From the NCBI GenBank assembly GCA_019244185.1, contig JAFATB010000007.1:1-60221 (forward strand): a DNA stretch of 60,221 bases, written 5' to 3'. The stretch is from Acidobacteriota bacterium (GTDB lineage Bacteria > Acidobacteriota > Thermoanaerobaculia > Gp7-AA8). The position numbers and the translations under genes were made by a program. This document shows positions 31,613 to 44,351 of this stretch, in pieces. The notes under the pieces were generated by a model that ran no database searches, was not told the DNA's origin, and saw only the letters and a program-made list of their open reading frames with translations. Numbering within the stretch: the stretch's first letter is position 1; every line of letters starts with the position of its first letter.

Positions 31613-33502
31613 TTACGCCGGTGCTTCGGCCAGTACCGACTCCCGGTACTGAATCTCGTATAAACGGCGATAGAGCCCGCCGAATTGCATCAGCTCGTCG
31701 TGCGTGCCGCGCTCGCGAATCTCCCCGTGGTGGAACACGAGGATCGCGTCGGCGGAACGAATCGTCGAAAGCCGGTGCGCGATGACGAGCGACGTGCGCC
31801 CTTCGAGCAACGTCCGGATCGCCTCCTGAATCAGCATTTCGGTCTCCGTGTCGATCGACGACGTGGCCTCGTCGAGGATCAGCACGGGCGGATTGAACGC
31901 GAGGGCGCGTGCGAACGAGAGCAGCTGCTTCTCGCCGACGGAGAGCCCCGCGCCGCGCTCGCGCACCTGCGATGCGTAGCCTTCCGGAAGCCGCGAGATG
32001 AAGCGATCGGCCTGCACGCGCACCGCCGCGGTGCGCACCGCTTCCTCGGAGATCGCCGGATCGCCCAGGGAGATGTTGTCGGCGATGTTGCCGGTGAAGA
32101 GAAAAAAGTCCTGCTGCACGATCGCGAACAACCGCCGCAGCGCCTCCGTCTTGTACTCGCGGATGTTGACGCCGTTGACCAGAATCTCGCCGCGCTGCGG
32201 CTCGTAGAAACGCAGCAGCAGAGACGTGACCGTCGTCTTCCCCGCGCCGGTGTGGCCAACGAGCGCGATGCGTTCGCCGCGGTTCACGCGGAACGAGACG
32301 TTCTTCAAGACCCACTCCGGTTCCGGAGCGTCAGCTCCACGCTCGACATACGCGAACGAGACGTTGCGGAACTCGAGCGACTCGAAGCGCTCGATGTCGC
32401 GCGTGCCTTCGTCCTGGATCCGCACCTGCGTGTCGAGCAGCTTGAAGATGCGCTCGGCCGCGGCCATCGCCGCCTGCAGGATGTTGTATTTTTCCGAAAG
32501 GTCCGAGATCGGCTGATAGAAGCGCTGCGAGTACTGGAAGAACGCCACCAGCGCGCCGACCGACAGCGTTCCCTGAATCACCTTCCCGCCGCCGTACCAG
32601 ACGATGAGCGCGAGGCCGATGGTCTCGATCAACTCGATCACCGGATAGAAGACGGCGTAGTAGAAGATCGAGTCGATGTTCGCCGCGCGATGCCGCGCGT
32701 TCAGCTCCTCGAATTTCGCCGCCTCGCGAGCTTCCCGGTTGAAGAGCTGCACCGTCGACATGCCGGAGATGTGCTCCTGCAGGAACGCGTTGATCGCCGC
32801 GATGCGCGCGCGCACGGCGCGGTATGTGACGCGCGCCCCTCGGCGGAACCAGATCGACACCAGCACGATGAACGGCGTGATCGAGAAGAGCACGATCGCG
32901 AGGCGCCAGTTCATCCAGAACAGCACGCCCACGATGCCGACGAGCACGAAGATGTCGCCGAAGATGGCCACGAAGCCGGCGGTGAAGAGATCGTTGAGCG
33001 CGTCGACGTCCGTAGTCACGCGCGTCATCAAACGGCCCACCGGATTGCGGTCGAAGAACTGCACGTCGAGCCGCTGCAGATGTCCGAAGATCTGCTTGCG
33101 CAGGTCGTACATGATGTACTGGCCCATGAGGTTCATGAGCACCATCTGCGTGTAGAGCACCGTGAAGCCGGCCACGAGCGTGATGAGGTACAGCGCCGCG
33201 GCGACGTTGATGCCGGTGAACGAGTCGAAGCTCCAGCCGTGCGCCGTGAGCCACAGGCCGACGCGGCGGCTGACGCCCATCGTCGTCGCGCCGTGCAACG
33301 GCTTCATGTAGAGATCGATCGCGATCGCGGTGATGGCCGGTCCGGCGATCTCGAAGCCCGACGAGAGGATCACCAGCAAAACCGACAGACCGGCGCGCAG
33401 GCGATACGGACGGAGGTACTGCATCAATCGCCGCGTGAGCCGCGGGTCGAATGCACGCGCGCCTTCTTCTTCGTGTTTCTCGATGACGGCGGCTTCGCTC
33501 AC
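31613..33502 (-). CDS. Heterodimeric ABC exporter subunit (TMD+NBD; consensus Walker B, degenerate signature)
   Basis: GHTGAGKTT, LSVGEKQL, LILDEATSSID, IAHRLST. Confidence 0.95.
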   Translation of the reverse strand: MSEAAVIEKHEEEGARAFDPRLTRRLMQYLRPYRLRAGLSVLLVILSSGFEIAGPAITAIAIDLYMKPLHGATTMGVSRRVGLWLTAHGWSFDSFTGINVAAALYLITLVAGFTVLYTQMVLMNLMGQYIMYDLRKQIFGHLQRLDVQFFDRNPVGRLMTRVTTDVDALNDLFTAGFVAIFGDIFVLVGIVGVLFWMNWRLAIVLFSITPFIVLVSIWFRRGARVTYRAVRARIAAINAFLQEHISGMSTVQLFNREAREAAKFEELNARHRAANIDSIFYYAVFYPVIELIETIGLALIVWYGGGKVIQGTLSVGALVAFFQYSQRFYQPISDLSEKYNILQAAMAAAERIFKLLDTQVRIQDEGTRDIERFESLEFRNVSFAYVERGADAPEPEWVLKNVSFRVNRGERIALVGHTGAGKTTVTSLLLRFYEPQRGEILVNGVNIREYKTEALRRLFAIVQQDFFLFTGNIADNISLGDPAISEEAVRTAAVRVQADRFISRLPEGYASQVRERGAGLSVGEKQLLSFARALAFNPPVLILDEATSSIDTETEMLIQEAIRTLLEGRTSLVIAHRLSTIRSADAILVFHHGEIRERGTHDELMQFGGLYRRLYEIQYRESVLAEAPA

Positions 33503-35235
33503 GCGATCTCCTCCAGCTCCGCCTCGATCGTCTGCCGGCGATACAGATCGGCGTAGTAGCCGCCGCGCTCGACGAGCCGCTCGTGCGTGCCGCGCTCCAC
33601 GATGCGTCCGTCGTCGAGCACGATGATGTGATCGGCGTCTTTCACCGACGAGACGCGGTGCGACACGATGAGCACCGTCCTCCCCTTCCGGATGCTCCTC
33701 AGCGCGTTGAGAATCCGCTCTTCGGTCTGCGTATCGACGGCGCTCAGCGAGTCGTCGAGGATCAGAATCTGCGGTTCGCGCACGAGCGCGCGCGCGATCG
33801 CGGTGCGCTGCTTCTGCCCGCCCGAGAGCGTGATGCCGCGTTCGCCGATGACCGTGCCGAGGCCTTGCGGAAACGCCGCGACGTCACCGGAGAGCCCCGC
33901 CTGCTGCGCGGCCTCGTCGACGTCCGCATCGCTCGCATCGGCGCGGCCGAAGCGGATGTTCTCCGCGATCGACTCGGAGAAGAGGAACGTCTCCTGCGGC
34001 ACCATCCCGATCCAGTCGCGCAGCTGGCGCACGGGAATCGTCTCGATCGGACGGCTGTCGAGGAAGATCGTGCCCGGCGGCGGCTCGAACGCGCGCGTCA
34101 GCAATCCGAGGAGCGTCGACTTGCCGCTGCCGGTGCGGCCGACGATGCCGATGGTCTCGCCGTGACGCACGGTGAGATCGATGTCGCGCAGCACGGGACG
34201 CGCGTCGTACGCGAACGTGAGATGGCGGATCTCGAGGTTGCCCTGCGGCTCGTCGTCGATCGGCGTCGTCGCGTCGACGATGCCCGGCTGCACGCTCCAG
34301 ATCTCGTGCAGGCGCTTCATCGACGCCATGCCGCGCTGGAAGAGATTGATGACCCAGCCGAACGCGATGAGCGGCCAGATCATGCGCCCGAGGTAGAACT
34401 GGAACGCGACGAAGGAACCGAGCGTCATCGTGCCGGCCACGATCTTGCGCCCGCCCATGTAGAAGACGAGCACGAACATGAGGCCGATCAGCGCGTGCAG
34501 CGCGGGATAGAACGTCGCGGTCAACCGGATCAGCGACCGGTTGCGCTCGACGAACTCGTGGTTCATCCGCTTGAAGATCTCGGTCTCCGCGCGCTCGCGG
34601 GTGAACGCGCGTACGACGCGCACGCCGGCGAGGTTCTCCTGCACGCGCGCCGAAATCTCGCCGAAGTAGTCCTGCACCGCGCGCGAGCGGACGTGGATCT
34701 GCGAGCCGAAGACTTTCACCATCGACGCAACGATCGGTACGGCCAGCAGCGCCAGGAGCGACATCGTCTTCTCGATGCGCAGCATCATGACGAACGCGCC
34801 GGTGACGACGAGCAGCGACGAGAGCGAGTGCATCACCGCGGGACCGATGAGCATGCGCACGTTCGAGAGGTCGTTCGTCGCGCGCGACATCAGATCGCCG
34901 GTGCGCTGTTCCTGATAGAAGCGCAGCGGCAGCTTCTGCAGATGCCCGTAGAAGTCGTTGCGCATGTCGTACTCGATGTGCCGCGACACGCCGATGATGA
35001 TCCAGCGTTGCGCGTACAGGAACGCGCCTTCGGCGATGGTGGCGCCGACGAGCATGAGCGCGTAGCGCACGAGGTCCGCGCGCGTGAACTGGCGGCCGAG
35101 CGTGTTCACGGCCAGGCCGATGATCAGCGGCGTGAGCAGCGAGAAGCCGGCCGAGGCGATCGTGCAGAGCGCGCCGAGCGCGAGGCGCGTGCGGTAGCGG
35201 CCGAAATACGAAAAGAGACGGCGAAGAGGCGTCAT
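33499..35235 (-). CDS. Heterodimeric ABC exporter subunit (TMD+NBD; degenerate Walker B)
   Basis: TGDLMSRATND, GRTGSGKST, LSGGQKQR, ILILDDSLSAVD; asymmetric pair like MdlAB/BmrCD. Confidence 0.95.
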   Translation of the reverse strand: MTPLRRLFSYFGRYRTRLALGALCTIASAGFSLLTPLIIGLAVNTLGRQFTRADLVRYALMLVGATIAEGAFLYAQRWIIIGVSRHIEYDMRNDFYGHLQKLPLRFYQEQRTGDLMSRATNDLSNVRMLIGPAVMHSLSSLLVVTGAFVMMLRIEKTMSLLALLAVPIVASMVKVFGSQIHVRSRAVQDYFGEISARVQENLAGVRVVRAFTRERAETEIFKRMNHEFVERNRSLIRLTATFYPALHALIGLMFVLVFYMGGRKIVAGTMTLGSFVAFQFYLGRMIWPLIAFGWVINLFQRGMASMKRLHEIWSVQPGIVDATTPIDDEPQGNLEIRHLTFAYDARPVLRDIDLTVRHGETIGIVGRTGSGKSTLLGLLTRAFEPPPGTIFLDSRPIETIPVRQLRDWIGMVPQETFLFSESIAENIRFGRADASDADVDEAAQQAGLSGDVAAFPQGLGTVIGERGITLSGGQKQRTAIARALVREPQILILDDSLSAVDTQTEERILNALRSIRKGRTVLIVSHRVSSVKDADHIIVLDDGRIVERGTHERLVERGGYYADLYRRQTIEAELEEIA

Positions 35236-35250
35236 GGTCGGGGTTCGATT

Positions 35251-35634
35251 CTATTGCGCGCGCGCGCTTTCGTCGCGCAGCGGCAGACGTTTCAATTCCT
35301 GCAGCGTGATGCGAAGCACGGACCCGAGCGTGAAGCCGGTCGGAAAGCAGTGCGGCACGCGTACGCCGGCGCCGACGAGCTCGAGGAAATCGAGCGGCGG
35401 CCTGCGCCGCGCCAGCACGTACAGCAGCTTGCGGGGCAGGTCTTCGCGGTCGTCGACGTTGAGATGCAGCGGCTGCAGGTAGTAGCCGAAATGCATGTCG
35501 CGCAGCGCCGGCGTGCCGCCCGCGAACTCCGGCAGCGTAACGCTGAGCGTCAGCGCGCCGAAGATCCAGTTCTCCTGCGCGAACTCGCCGCGCCAGAAAT
35601 CTTCTTCGTCTTCCGAGAGATGCTCGAGTCTCAC
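35251..35634 (-). CDS. Hypothetical protein (about 127 aa)
   Basis: Protein-like composition (LEHLSEDEEDFWRGEF...); start uncertain (GTG at 35634). Confidence 0.6.
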   Translation of the reverse strand: MRLEHLSEDEEDFWRGEFAQENWIFGALTLSVTLPEFAGGTPALRDMHFGYYLQPLHLNVDDREDLPRKLLYVLARRRPPLDFLELVGAGVRVPHCFPTGFTLGSVLRITLQELKRLPLRDESARAQ

Positions 35635-35680
35635 CGGAGTCGAAACGGCGCGCGCGCCGCAGTCCTTCCCGTTAGGGAAC

Positions 35681-35791
35681 CTAGGGAACGAGGAACAGCG
35701 ACGCGATGCGCGCCGCGACGAGCACCGCCGCCGCGACGTAGAGCGCGAGCGGGATCGCGCGCTGGTCCTTCGTCCGCTCAGTCTGCGCCAT
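35681..35791 (-). CDS. 36-aa single-TM small ORF or truncated gene remnant (MAQTERTKDQRAIPLALYVAAAVLVAARIASLFLVP)
   Basis: GGAGGTG RBS inside the end of the permease gene; ATG overlaps its last codons; hydrophobic helix; below the ORF-track size cutoff. Confidence 0.55.
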   Translation of the reverse strand: MAQTERTKDQRAIPLALYVAAAVLVAARIASLFLVP

Positions 35792-36500
35792 ACGGCACCT
35801 CCCGCCGCCGGAACGCGAGGCACGCGAGCAGCAGCGCCACCGCGGCGTTCGACAGCACCATCAGCAGCCAGTCGCGATCGAGCTGCGGCGGAACTTCCGG
35901 AAAGAGATTATGCGCGACGACCTCGACGCTCTGCTCCACGATCGGATGCGCGGTGAGAAATGCCCCCGCCGCCGACGGCATGCTGCGCGTCATCGCCAGA
36001 ATGCCGCCGAACGCGGAGAGGCCGATGTCGAGCGCGACGTAGATAGCCACGTTGAAGTACGCACGCGTCACGCTGCCGAAGAGCGCGAGCAGCGAGCACG
36101 CGAGGATCGCGGCCACGCAAACGTTGACGAACACGCTCCCGACGATCGACAACCCGAGCGCGCGTCCCCACAACGTGCGGCCGACGACTTCCGCAATCGC
36201 CGCGAAGGCCGCGGCGATCCACACCGCGAGAGTGATGCCGGAGACGCGCGACACGAGGTACACCGCGCGATTCACCGGCTTCACCAGAATCAGCTGCAGC
36301 GTGCCCGACGAGAACTCCGGACCGATCGCCGCCGAGCCGGTGACGATCGCGAGCAGCGCGATGAGCGACGGCCAGAACGAGCCGACGCGCACGAACGTCG
36401 ACGACGCGAATCCGAACAACACGACCAGCGCGACGTACGCGAGGTAGCCGGCGTTGCGCAGATGTCTGCGCAACGTCTCCCCGATCACGACCCCGTTCAC
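35778..36500 (-). CDS. ABC-2 type transporter permease
   Basis: About six TMs; EFSSGTLQLILVKPVNR motif; ends FRRREV. Confidence 0.88.
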   Translation of the reverse strand: MNGVVIGETLRRHLRNAGYLAYVALVVLFGFASSTFVRVGSFWPSLIALLAIVTGSAAIGPEFSSGTLQLILVKPVNRAVYLVSRVSGITLAVWIAAAFAAIAEVVGRTLWGRALGLSIVGSVFVNVCVAAILACSLLALFGSVTRAYFNVAIYVALDIGLSAFGGILAMTRSMPSAAGAFLTAHPIVEQSVEVVAHNLFPEVPPQLDRDWLLMVLSNAAVALLLACLAFRRREVPYGAD

Positions 36501-37378
36501 GCTTCACCTCGAAAGATCCGCTCGAGATCGGCGGTATGCCGCCGCACGTCGACGACGCCCGCGCCGCTCTCGACGAGCTCGCGCACGCGCGCGGCGATGC
36601 CGGCCATCGAGTCGACGCTGACGATCGCGACATCGTTCTGCGGCGCGGCGCCGGTGATGCGCGCGACCGCGTTCGCGTCGTACGAGCCCGCGAGCAGCGT
36701 GATCGCGACGACGATGCGGTCGGCGTGGCGCAGCGTCTCGTCGCGCGTGATGAAGCCGTTCTTGAGGAACAGCACGCGGTCGCAGACTTTCTCCACTTCG
36801 CTCAGCTGGTGCGAGTTGAGCAGCACCGCGGCGCCGCGCGCCTTCTGCTCGGCGATGAGATCGCGCACGAGCAGCACGCCGTTCGGGTCGAGTCCCGACG
36901 TCGGCTCGTCGAGGAAGACGTATGCCGGCTCGTGAATGAGCGCCTGCGCCATGCCGATCCGCTGCAGCATGCCGCGCGAATACTGCGAGAGCCTGCGATC
37001 CGCGGCCGCCGTCAGCTCGAGTCGTGCGAGCAGCTCGCGCACGCGCTTCTCCACGTTCGCGCGCGGCACGCCGGCGAGTCGCGCCATGTAATGGAGGAAG
37101 TCGTAGCCGGTGGCGCGGCGTCCGAAGTTCATCCGCTCCGGCACGAATCCCGTCCGGCGGCGGATGTCGAGATCGTCGTTCGCGCGGCCGTCGAACGCGA
37201 TCGTGCCCTCGTTCGGTGTGAGGAAGCCGAGGAGACACGACATGAGCGTCGTCTTGCCCGCGCCGTTCGGACCGATCAGCCCGACCACTTCGCCGGGCGC
37301 GAGATCGAGATCGATCCCCTTCAGCACCTCGTGCGTGCGGAAGGACTTGCGCAGCGCGCGGATCTCGACGCCGCTCAT
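36497..37378 (-). CDS. ABC transporter ATP-binding protein
   Basis: GPNGAGKTT, YSRGMLQR, FLDEPTSGLDP, NSHQL; start at MSGVEIR. Confidence 0.94.
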   Translation of the reverse strand: MSGVEIRALRKSFRTHEVLKGIDLDLAPGEVVGLIGPNGAGKTTLMSCLLGFLTPNEGTIAFDGRANDDLDIRRRTGFVPERMNFGRRATGYDFLHYMARLAGVPRANVEKRVRELLARLELTAAADRRLSQYSRGMLQRIGMAQALIHEPAYVFLDEPTSGLDPNGVLLVRDLIAEQKARGAAVLLNSHQLSEVEKVCDRVLFLKNGFITRDETLRHADRIVVAITLLAGSYDANAVARITGAAPQNDVAIVSVDSMAGIAARVRELVESGAGVVDVRRHTADLERIFRGEA

Positions 37379-37626
37379 GACTTGCGCGCGCGCAGCGCGG
37401 CCAGCAGTTCGTCGACTTTCGTCTGATGGAAGGCGTTCACGCGCGCCTGCAGCTGCTCTTCCGCCGCGCCGCCGGGATCGTCGGTGTAGAGCTTCTTCAA
37501 CTCGCCGCCGAGGTACACCTTCGTCTCGATGCGCCACGCGGGACGCTCGAAGAACTCGGTCTGGATGGTGAGCTTTTTCTCGCCGACGTCGAACGCATCG
37601 AGACGGCCCATCGGCGGATTGTCCAC
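37375..37626 (-). CDS. 83-aa hypothetical protein heading the ABC operon
   Basis: TAGACT 6 nt before GTG; stop overlaps the ATPase ATG (ATGA). Confidence 0.75.
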   Translation of the reverse strand: MDNPPMGRLDAFDVGEKKLTIQTEFFERPAWRIETKVYLGGELKKLYTDDPGGAAEEQLQARVNAFHQTKVDELLAALRARKS

Positions 37627-37677
37627 GCGGAAAGTCTACCAGCCGGACGCGGCCGAACCGCCCTGTATCATGGGCGC

Positions 37678-38243
37678 ATCGAATCCATCACGGACTATCT
37701 CCGCGCCTGGGAGCAGGGGGATGACCGCGCGCTCGAGCAGCTCGTGCCGCTGGTTTACGCGGAGTTGCGCGCGATCGCGGCGCGGCAGCTCGGCGCGGAG
37801 CGGCCGGGGCATACGCTGCAGCCGACGGCGCTGGTGAACGAGGCGTATCTGCGCCTGCGCGGGCTGAATGGAGTGCCGTGGCACGATCGGACGCATTTCT
37901 TCGCTATAGCGTCGAGGATCATGCGAAGACTGCTGGTCGATCATGCGCGCGCGCGAATGGCGCAGAAGCGCGGCTCGGAGGCGCCGAAGGTCGTGGTGAG
38001 CGAAGGTCTGCACGACGCGCTCGCGCCGTCGATGGACGCGGCGGAGCTCATCGATCTCGACCGCGCGCTCGACGAGCTGGCCGCGGAGTCGCCGCGTCTC
38101 GCGAAACTGGTCGAGCTGCGCTTCTTCAGCGGGCTTCCGATCGAAGAGGCGTCTTCACTCCTCGGCTGTTCTCCACGCACGGCCAAGCGTGACTGGGCAT
38201 TCGCGCGCGCCTGGCTGCTCAATCGCCTGAGCGCCGCGCCACC

Positions 38244-38247
<4 letters not shown>
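37678..38247 (+). CDS. ECF sigma factor, TIGR02999 (Ser/Thr-kinase-associated) type; start codon atypical
   Basis: ITDYLRAW..GD..ALEQLVPLVYAELR, HTLQPTALVNEAYLRL, HFFAIASRIMRRLLVDHAR, VELRFFSGL, KRDWAFARAWL. Confidence 0.92.
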
Positions 38248-41270
<3,023 letters not shown>

Positions 41271-41337
41271 TCGGCGGCCGCTGGCCCTTTTTTCTTCCGT
41301 TCCTCGCTTCTGTCTGTAAACCAGTACGGAGGAACAG

Positions 41338-44181
41338 ATGAATTTCTTGAGGGCAGTGCTGATCGCCATGGTCGTCGCCGTTCCGGTGCACGCGCAGTTC
41401 GCGACGTTCTGGAGCGCCGAGGAAAACCAGCTCGACATTCCGGAAGGCGGCCGGGTGAATACGATCGCGGTCAGTCCATTCGACAGCAATGAGATGTTCG
41501 TGACGTCGGAGAGCGGCGGCGTGTTCAAGACGATCGACCGCGGCGTGCACTGGCAGCACGTCGACAAACTGCGCACGCTCTTCGCGCAATCGGTCGCGTA
41601 CTTTCCGTCGATCCGCGGCGTCGTCTTCGTCACGGCCAAAGCCGATTTCGGCTTCGACGCCGGCGGCGTCTGGCGCACGGCCGATGGCGGAGACAATTGG
41701 GTGCACGTTCTGAAGACGACGCCGGGCGATACGAATCGTCTGAGCGCGTACGAAATCTCGATCTCCAAGGACCTCGTTCACGTTGCCTCATCGCGCGGCT
41801 TGTACACGGGCTGGAACGACGGTTTTGTGTGGGGACTGCTTCCGGTATTCGACAGCGGCGACCCCACCATTCTGTCCGTGCTGGTGCAGGGATCGCGCAT
41901 TTACGTCGGCGGTCCGCAAGGCGTGCGATTCATGAACGTCAACGATCCGTTCTGGCAGAGGCCGATCGGTGGTCCCGCGGCCGTGACCGACATGCACGCG
42001 TTCGGCGGCTCACCGGATCAAGTGCACGCATACGTCGTCGACCAATACAAGGAGCTCTGGGTAACCCAGGACTTCGGCCCCCATTGGACGAACATGCCCA
42101 CAACCAAAGGGACGGACGGTTGCAGCGGCGCCGCCTTCATTAAGGTCGTCGAATTCACAGCGGAAAATCCCATCCCACCGGCATCAGGCCGCTATCGCAG
42201 GCTTTATTACTCGAACCGCTGTGATTTCTATGCCGCGACCGCGCAGATCGACACGGACGGAACCGTGCACTATCCGCGGTTCGTCAGTGACTGGAGACAG
42301 GAATCCGTCGATCACAACGGCCCGCGCCATCTCGGCGTCATTCGCGACACCGCGGTGTTGCTCGGCACGAGCGGCGGTCTGCACAGAGCGATCGCGCCGG
42401 ACACCTGGCAATTCATCGGCGGTGGAAAAACCGGCGGCTACAACGCGCTGCAGATCAACGAAGTCAAAGGACAGCGCGTCGGCGACCGCAGGACCGATCT
42501 CTACATCGGGACGCAGGACAACAATCTCTGGGCCTGGAGCCTCGGCGACAACAGCCTCACCGCGCTGCCCTCCGAAGCTCACTACCTGGAAATGCCACGC
42601 ACCGTCGACTCATCGTCGGACTGCAAGATGACCTTCGCATTGAACGGCGACCGCTTCAAGTCGGGCCGGTGGTTCGCGAACCTCGCCTCGTGGGCCGACG
42701 CGCCGTCGAGCCGCAAACAGGCGCCGGCTCTGATCCGCGAATCGAATTACGTGCAGAACGTCATGCGGACGCATACCTCGCCCAACGCCGGACTCGCGGC
42801 GACGGATCAGTGCGGGAAGGACTGGAGCACGTTCGCGGTCTTCAGCGAAGAGCCGCGCGATCTGCCGCGCCTCGGCAGCGCGGGTGATCTCGTCGATCCA
42901 CTGTCGCTGGTGGTGATGTATCAACCGTATCGTCGCAACAACGGCGGCGAGGCGAGCCGGCTGATGCGCATCTGGAAGCCGATCTCATCGAACGCTCCCG
43001 CGACCGTCGCGTATGCGGCCATGAACGGCTTTGGAGGCTTGGGCATCAATCTCACGCACTTCGGCGGCTATCGCGTATACGGCGTCGACTCGCGCGATCC
43101 GCTGCATCTCATCGCGCCGGACGTCGTCAATGCGCAGTTGATGCAGAGCGCCGACGGCGGCGAGAACTGGAGCGCGATGCCCGCACAGCTCACCGATCTC
43201 GCCACCGAACACGGGCACTATCTGTTCCGCACCGACCTGCTCGGAAGCCATCCTGGCCCCGGCAACGTGTTCCCTGAGGTCACGGCCATCAGCTTCAGCC
43301 CGCAGGACCCGCGGCTGGTGCTGATCGGCACGAGCCAGACCGGCATCTTCGCGTCGATGGATCGCGGCGATCACTGGTGGAAGGTTCCGAACAGCGAGAA
43401 GGTGACGTATGTGACGTCGTTCTTCTGGGACAACGCGAACACGGTGTACGTCTCGACGTACGGCCGCGGCCTCTGGAAGCTGCGGAACCGCCGCGTCGCG
43501 GCGTCGTTCGACGACAACTGCAGCGGCTGCGACGTCGTGTCGAATGCCGGCTCCGGCCGCCCGCCCTTCGACGGCAGCGTCCTCGCCTTCGACGGACAGG
43601 TTCTCGGCGTACGCACGGAGAAAGGCCAGTTGCGCGAAGTGTTCGTCACGCCCGGCACGTCGGTGCTGCTCACCGGCGACGTGAGCAACGCGCACGACGA
43701 GATCGCCATCACGGAGAGCGAAGGCCGCGACGCCTACGAGCCGCTGCCGCAGCCGAAGAGCGGCATCGTCGCCGGCGTCGTCTTCACGAAAGACGATCAG
43801 CTCACAGGAACCGTGTTCGCTGCGTCGACGATGAGCCTTGTTCCGCCCGCGTCGACGAAGGAAGTCAAAGGATCGACCGACTCACCGACGAAAGGCCAGC
43901 CGTATATCGCGCTGGCGACGTCCACGTTCGACGGCACGTCGAGCGCCGCGCCGCGGGAGACGTTCGAGCTGTCCGCGAGCAACTTCGCCGCGGGCGCGCG
44001 TTACGAAGTGCTCGTCGACGATGCGCTCCTCAAGGGAACGTTCACGGTGGACGCGAGCGGTTCGTTCACCGCGAAACTCACCGCGCCGCCGGAGCCCGGC
44101 TACCACAGCGTCGCCGTGCGCCTCGCCGTCGATGCCACGGTCATCGACAGCACGACGTTCGTCGTGAAGTACCGCAACTGA
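41338..44181 (+). CDS. Large secreted BNR/Asp-box beta-propeller protein (VPS10/GH74-like)
   Basis: Signal peptide; Asp boxes KTIDRGVHW, RTADGGDNW, QSADGGENW, ASMDRGDHW; GTQDN; STYGRGLW; beta-rich C-terminal domain. Confidence 0.85.
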   Translation: MNFLRAVLIAMVVAVPVHAQFATFWSAEENQLDIPEGGRVNTIAVSPFDSNEMFVTSESGGVFKTIDRGVHWQHVDKLRTLFAQSVAYFPSIRGVVFVTAKADFGFDAGGVWRTADGGDNWVHVLKTTPGDTNRLSAYEISISKDLVHVASSRGLYTGWNDGFVWGLLPVFDSGDPTILSVLVQGSRIYVGGPQGVRFMNVNDPFWQRPIGGPAAVTDMHAFGGSPDQVHAYVVDQYKELWVTQDFGPHWTNMPTTKGTDGCSGAAFIKVVEFTAENPIPPASGRYRRLYYSNRCDFYAATAQIDTDGTVHYPRFVSDWRQESVDHNGPRHLGVIRDTAVLLGTSGGLHRAIAPDTWQFIGGGKTGGYNALQINEVKGQRVGDRRTDLYIGTQDNNLWAWSLGDNSLTALPSEAHYLEMPRTVDSSSDCKMTFALNGDRFKSGRWFANLASWADAPSSRKQAPALIRESNYVQNVMRTHTSPNAGLAATDQCGKDWSTFAVFSEEPRDLPRLGSAGDLVDPLSLVVMYQPYRRNNGGEASRLMRIWKPISSNAPATVAYAAMNGFGGLGINLTHFGGYRVYGVDSRDPLHLIAPDVVNAQLMQSADGGENWSAMPAQLTDLATEHGHYLFRTDLLGSHPGPGNVFPEVTAISFSPQDPRLVLIGTSQTGIFASMDRGDHWWKVPNSEKVTYVTSFFWDNANTVYVSTYGRGLWKLRNRRVAASFDDNCSGCDVVSNAGSGRPPFDGSVLAFDGQVLGVRTEKGQLREVFVTPGTSVLLTGDVSNAHDEIAITESEGRDAYEPLPQPKSGIVAGVVFTKDDQLTGTVFAASTMSLVPPASTKEVKGSTDSPTKGQPYIALATSTFDGTSSAAPRETFELSASNFAAGARYEVLVDDALLKGTFTVDASGSFTAKLTAPPEPGYHSVAVRLAVDATVIDSTTFVVKYRN

Positions 44182-44189
44182 GCTCGCAC

Positions 44190-44220
44190 GCGCGCCGGCG
44201 TCGATGCGACGCCGGCGCGC
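44190..44220. terminator. Perfect 14-bp hairpin, probable terminator
   Basis: GCGCGCCGGCGTCG-ATG-CGACGCCGGCGCGC right after the stop codon. Confidence 0.6.
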
Positions 44221-44351
44221 ATTCGCTCGTCACGATTTCGGTGGCGGCGGTGGCCGATCCCCTCCAGCAAGACGCCCACTCGAGCCTTGTGCTAATCTGA
44301 CGTTGGTCCAGATTTCCACAATAACGTCGTTCAACACGGAGGGAGAGGCTC

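Noticed and set aside
31613-35235. Degenerate ABC motifs as signs of pseudogenisation
   Set aside because: The complementary pattern (LDD Walker B in one subunit, LSVGE signature in the other) is the normal asymmetric heterodimer design.
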